This document shows positions 62,998-64,000 of a DNA stretch of 64,000 nt, piece after piece (within the stretch, counting starts at the first letter, position 1; each line of letters starts with the position of its first letter). The notes under the pieces are model-generated. The model saw only the letters and a program-made list of their open reading frames with translations, was not told where the DNA came from and made no database searches. The translations under genes were made by a program, and so were the position numbers. The DNA is taken from IMG/VR virus record IMGVR_UViG_3300042402_002564, positions 66,145 to 130,144 of that record; one strand, written 5' to 3'. The stretch comes from a virus.

Positions 62998-63765
62998 ATG
63001 GCAAAAGGATTCACAGTAAAGGCCACTGCCCCTACAAAACCAAAGGAGGAGTGGGACTATGAAGCAATTAAAGAACGAATGAGGGGGAAGAGCATTGTTT
63101 TTTGCCTCCCAGGTCGTGGATGTTCTTATACATTCCTAAAAGCATTTGTACAACTTTGTTTTGATCTTGTACAAAACGGAATGGCAATTCAAATTTCTCA
63201 AGATTATTCTTCGATGGTAAACTTTGCACGTTGCAAAGTTCTTGGTGCAAACGTTCTCAGAGGTCCGAAGCAAGTTCCCTGGGATGGTAAACTACAATAT
63301 GATTATCAACTCTGGATTGATAATGACATTGTGTTTAACTCAGAAAAGTTCTGGCAACTGTGTGACCTCGCAGTTCCCGCAGAAGGAGATGAAAAAGAAA
63401 TCGTTGCTGGATGGTATGCAACCGAAGATGGTCACACAACCTCAGTTGCTCACTGGTTAGAAGAAGATGATTTCCGTCGTAACGGTGGAGTCATGAATCA
63501 TGAAACCGTTGAATCGATTCAGAAGCGTCGTAAACCATTTACAGTTGACTACACTGGATTTGGTTGGGTTATGATTCGTAAAGGTGTATTTGAGCGTCTT
63601 GAATATCCTTGGTTCGCTCCTAAGATGCAAGTCTTTGAATCTGGGGCAGTACAAGATATGTGTGGAGAGGATGTGTCGTTCTGTCTCGATGCAAAAGAGG
63701 CAGGCATTGAAACATGGTGTGACCCACGAATTCGTGTTGGACACGAGAAGACTCGCGTTATCTGA
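62998..63765 (+). CDS. putative GT-A-fold glycosyltransferase
   Basis: C-terminal GEDVSFCLDAKEAGIETWCDPRIRVGH resembles the GT2 ED..LC.R...G ... H motif. Confidence 0.4.
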   Translation: MAKGFTVKATAPTKPKEEWDYEAIKERMRGKSIVFCLPGRGCSYTFLKAFVQLCFDLVQNGMAIQISQDYSSMVNFARCKVLGANVLRGPKQVPWDGKLQYDYQLWIDNDIVFNSEKFWQLCDLAVPAEGDEKEIVAGWYATEDGHTTSVAHWLEEDDFRRNGGVMNHETVESIQKRRKPFTVDYTGFGWVMIRKGVFERLEYPWFAPKMQVFESGAVQDMCGEDVSFCLDAKEAGIETWCDPRIRVGHEKTRVI

Positions 63766-63920
63766 TGAAGAGGTTTAATGTAATTTTTAGAGGTGAGGTA
63801 TTGGCAGCGAATCTTTCATATGAAGATGCTGCTGATGCCCTTCACGAACTTGCATTAAAATACTTTGAATCTTATGATAACTTTAATCCTGAAGATATAA
63901 CAATGGAGGAACTTGACTAA
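63765..63920 (+). CDS. hypothetical small protein (51 aa)
   Basis: TGATG overlap; read from the sequence. Confidence 0.3.
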   Translation: MKRFNVIFRGEVLAANLSYEDAADALHELALKYFESYDNFNPEDITMEELD

Positions 63921-64000
63921 TGGCTATTAAAAAATCTCTGAGTGGCAATAAGTTTGTACTTGAATCCACACCCAAAAAGTCTCGACAAGGTGATGGTAAA
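63920..64000 (+). CDS. hypothetical protein, 5' partial (runs off the window)
   Basis: TAATG overlap; ORF open to the window end. Confidence 0.3.
   Translation, partial: MAIKKSLSGNKFVLESTPKKSRQGDGK

Overview
This window is a low-GC (~33-36%), almost entirely plus-strand phage segment. It is densely packed with small genes joined by ATGA-type overlaps. Split polynucleotide kinase (Pnk), an RnlA-like ligase, Dam, a tail-collar pair and a giant fibre point to a T4-like myovirus hyperplastic region; this is inference, not a database result.

Features I can support:
- Three tRNAs: Thr-TGT, Leu-TAA, and a Gly-TCC candidate with an imperfect anticodon stem.
- Two HNH endonucleases, one sitting between two tRNAs.
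- A 1945-aa tail fibre with a C-terminal S74 intramolecular-chaperone domain, and two tandem tail-collar-domain paralogs.
- An RNA-repair module: RnlA-like ligase, a second Rnl5/NgrRnl-like ligase, T4-type Pnk split into separate kinase and phosphatase ORFs, and a calcineurin-like phosphoesterase. It shares an overlap-coupled operon with a radical-SAM protein, a NodU/CmcH-type carbamoyltransferase and two paralogous SGNH-like proteins.
- DNA modification genes: Dam, a permuted N6-methyltransferase-like split pair, and two tandem PRMT-like methyltransferases.
- Several 2OG-Fe(II) oxygenases, two GT11 fucosyltransferase-like genes, a GT-A-like glycosyltransferase, an SPFH protein, an SF2 helicase, and many small ORFs.

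The last ~8 kb (54.7-62.5 kb) is a compositionally distinct GC-rich island (~50-58% GC). It has its own promoter grammar (a GAACTGGCACA box plus a -35 TTGACA held in the loop of a G/C hairpin, and CTGTAGGAT-type promoters), GC hairpins after genes, a wHTH regulator, and clusters of a palindromic 11-13-mer TCTCG(A/T)CGAGA.

Other sequence-level signals: a conserved 8-nt ATGACTGA stop/start junction reused through a 7-kb small-gene array, duplicated promoter/leader cassettes, and paralog pairs split between the AT-rich backbone and the GC-rich island.

All coordinates are from the sequence and the ORF track. Every protein-family call rests on motifs I recognised by eye; no database search was run.
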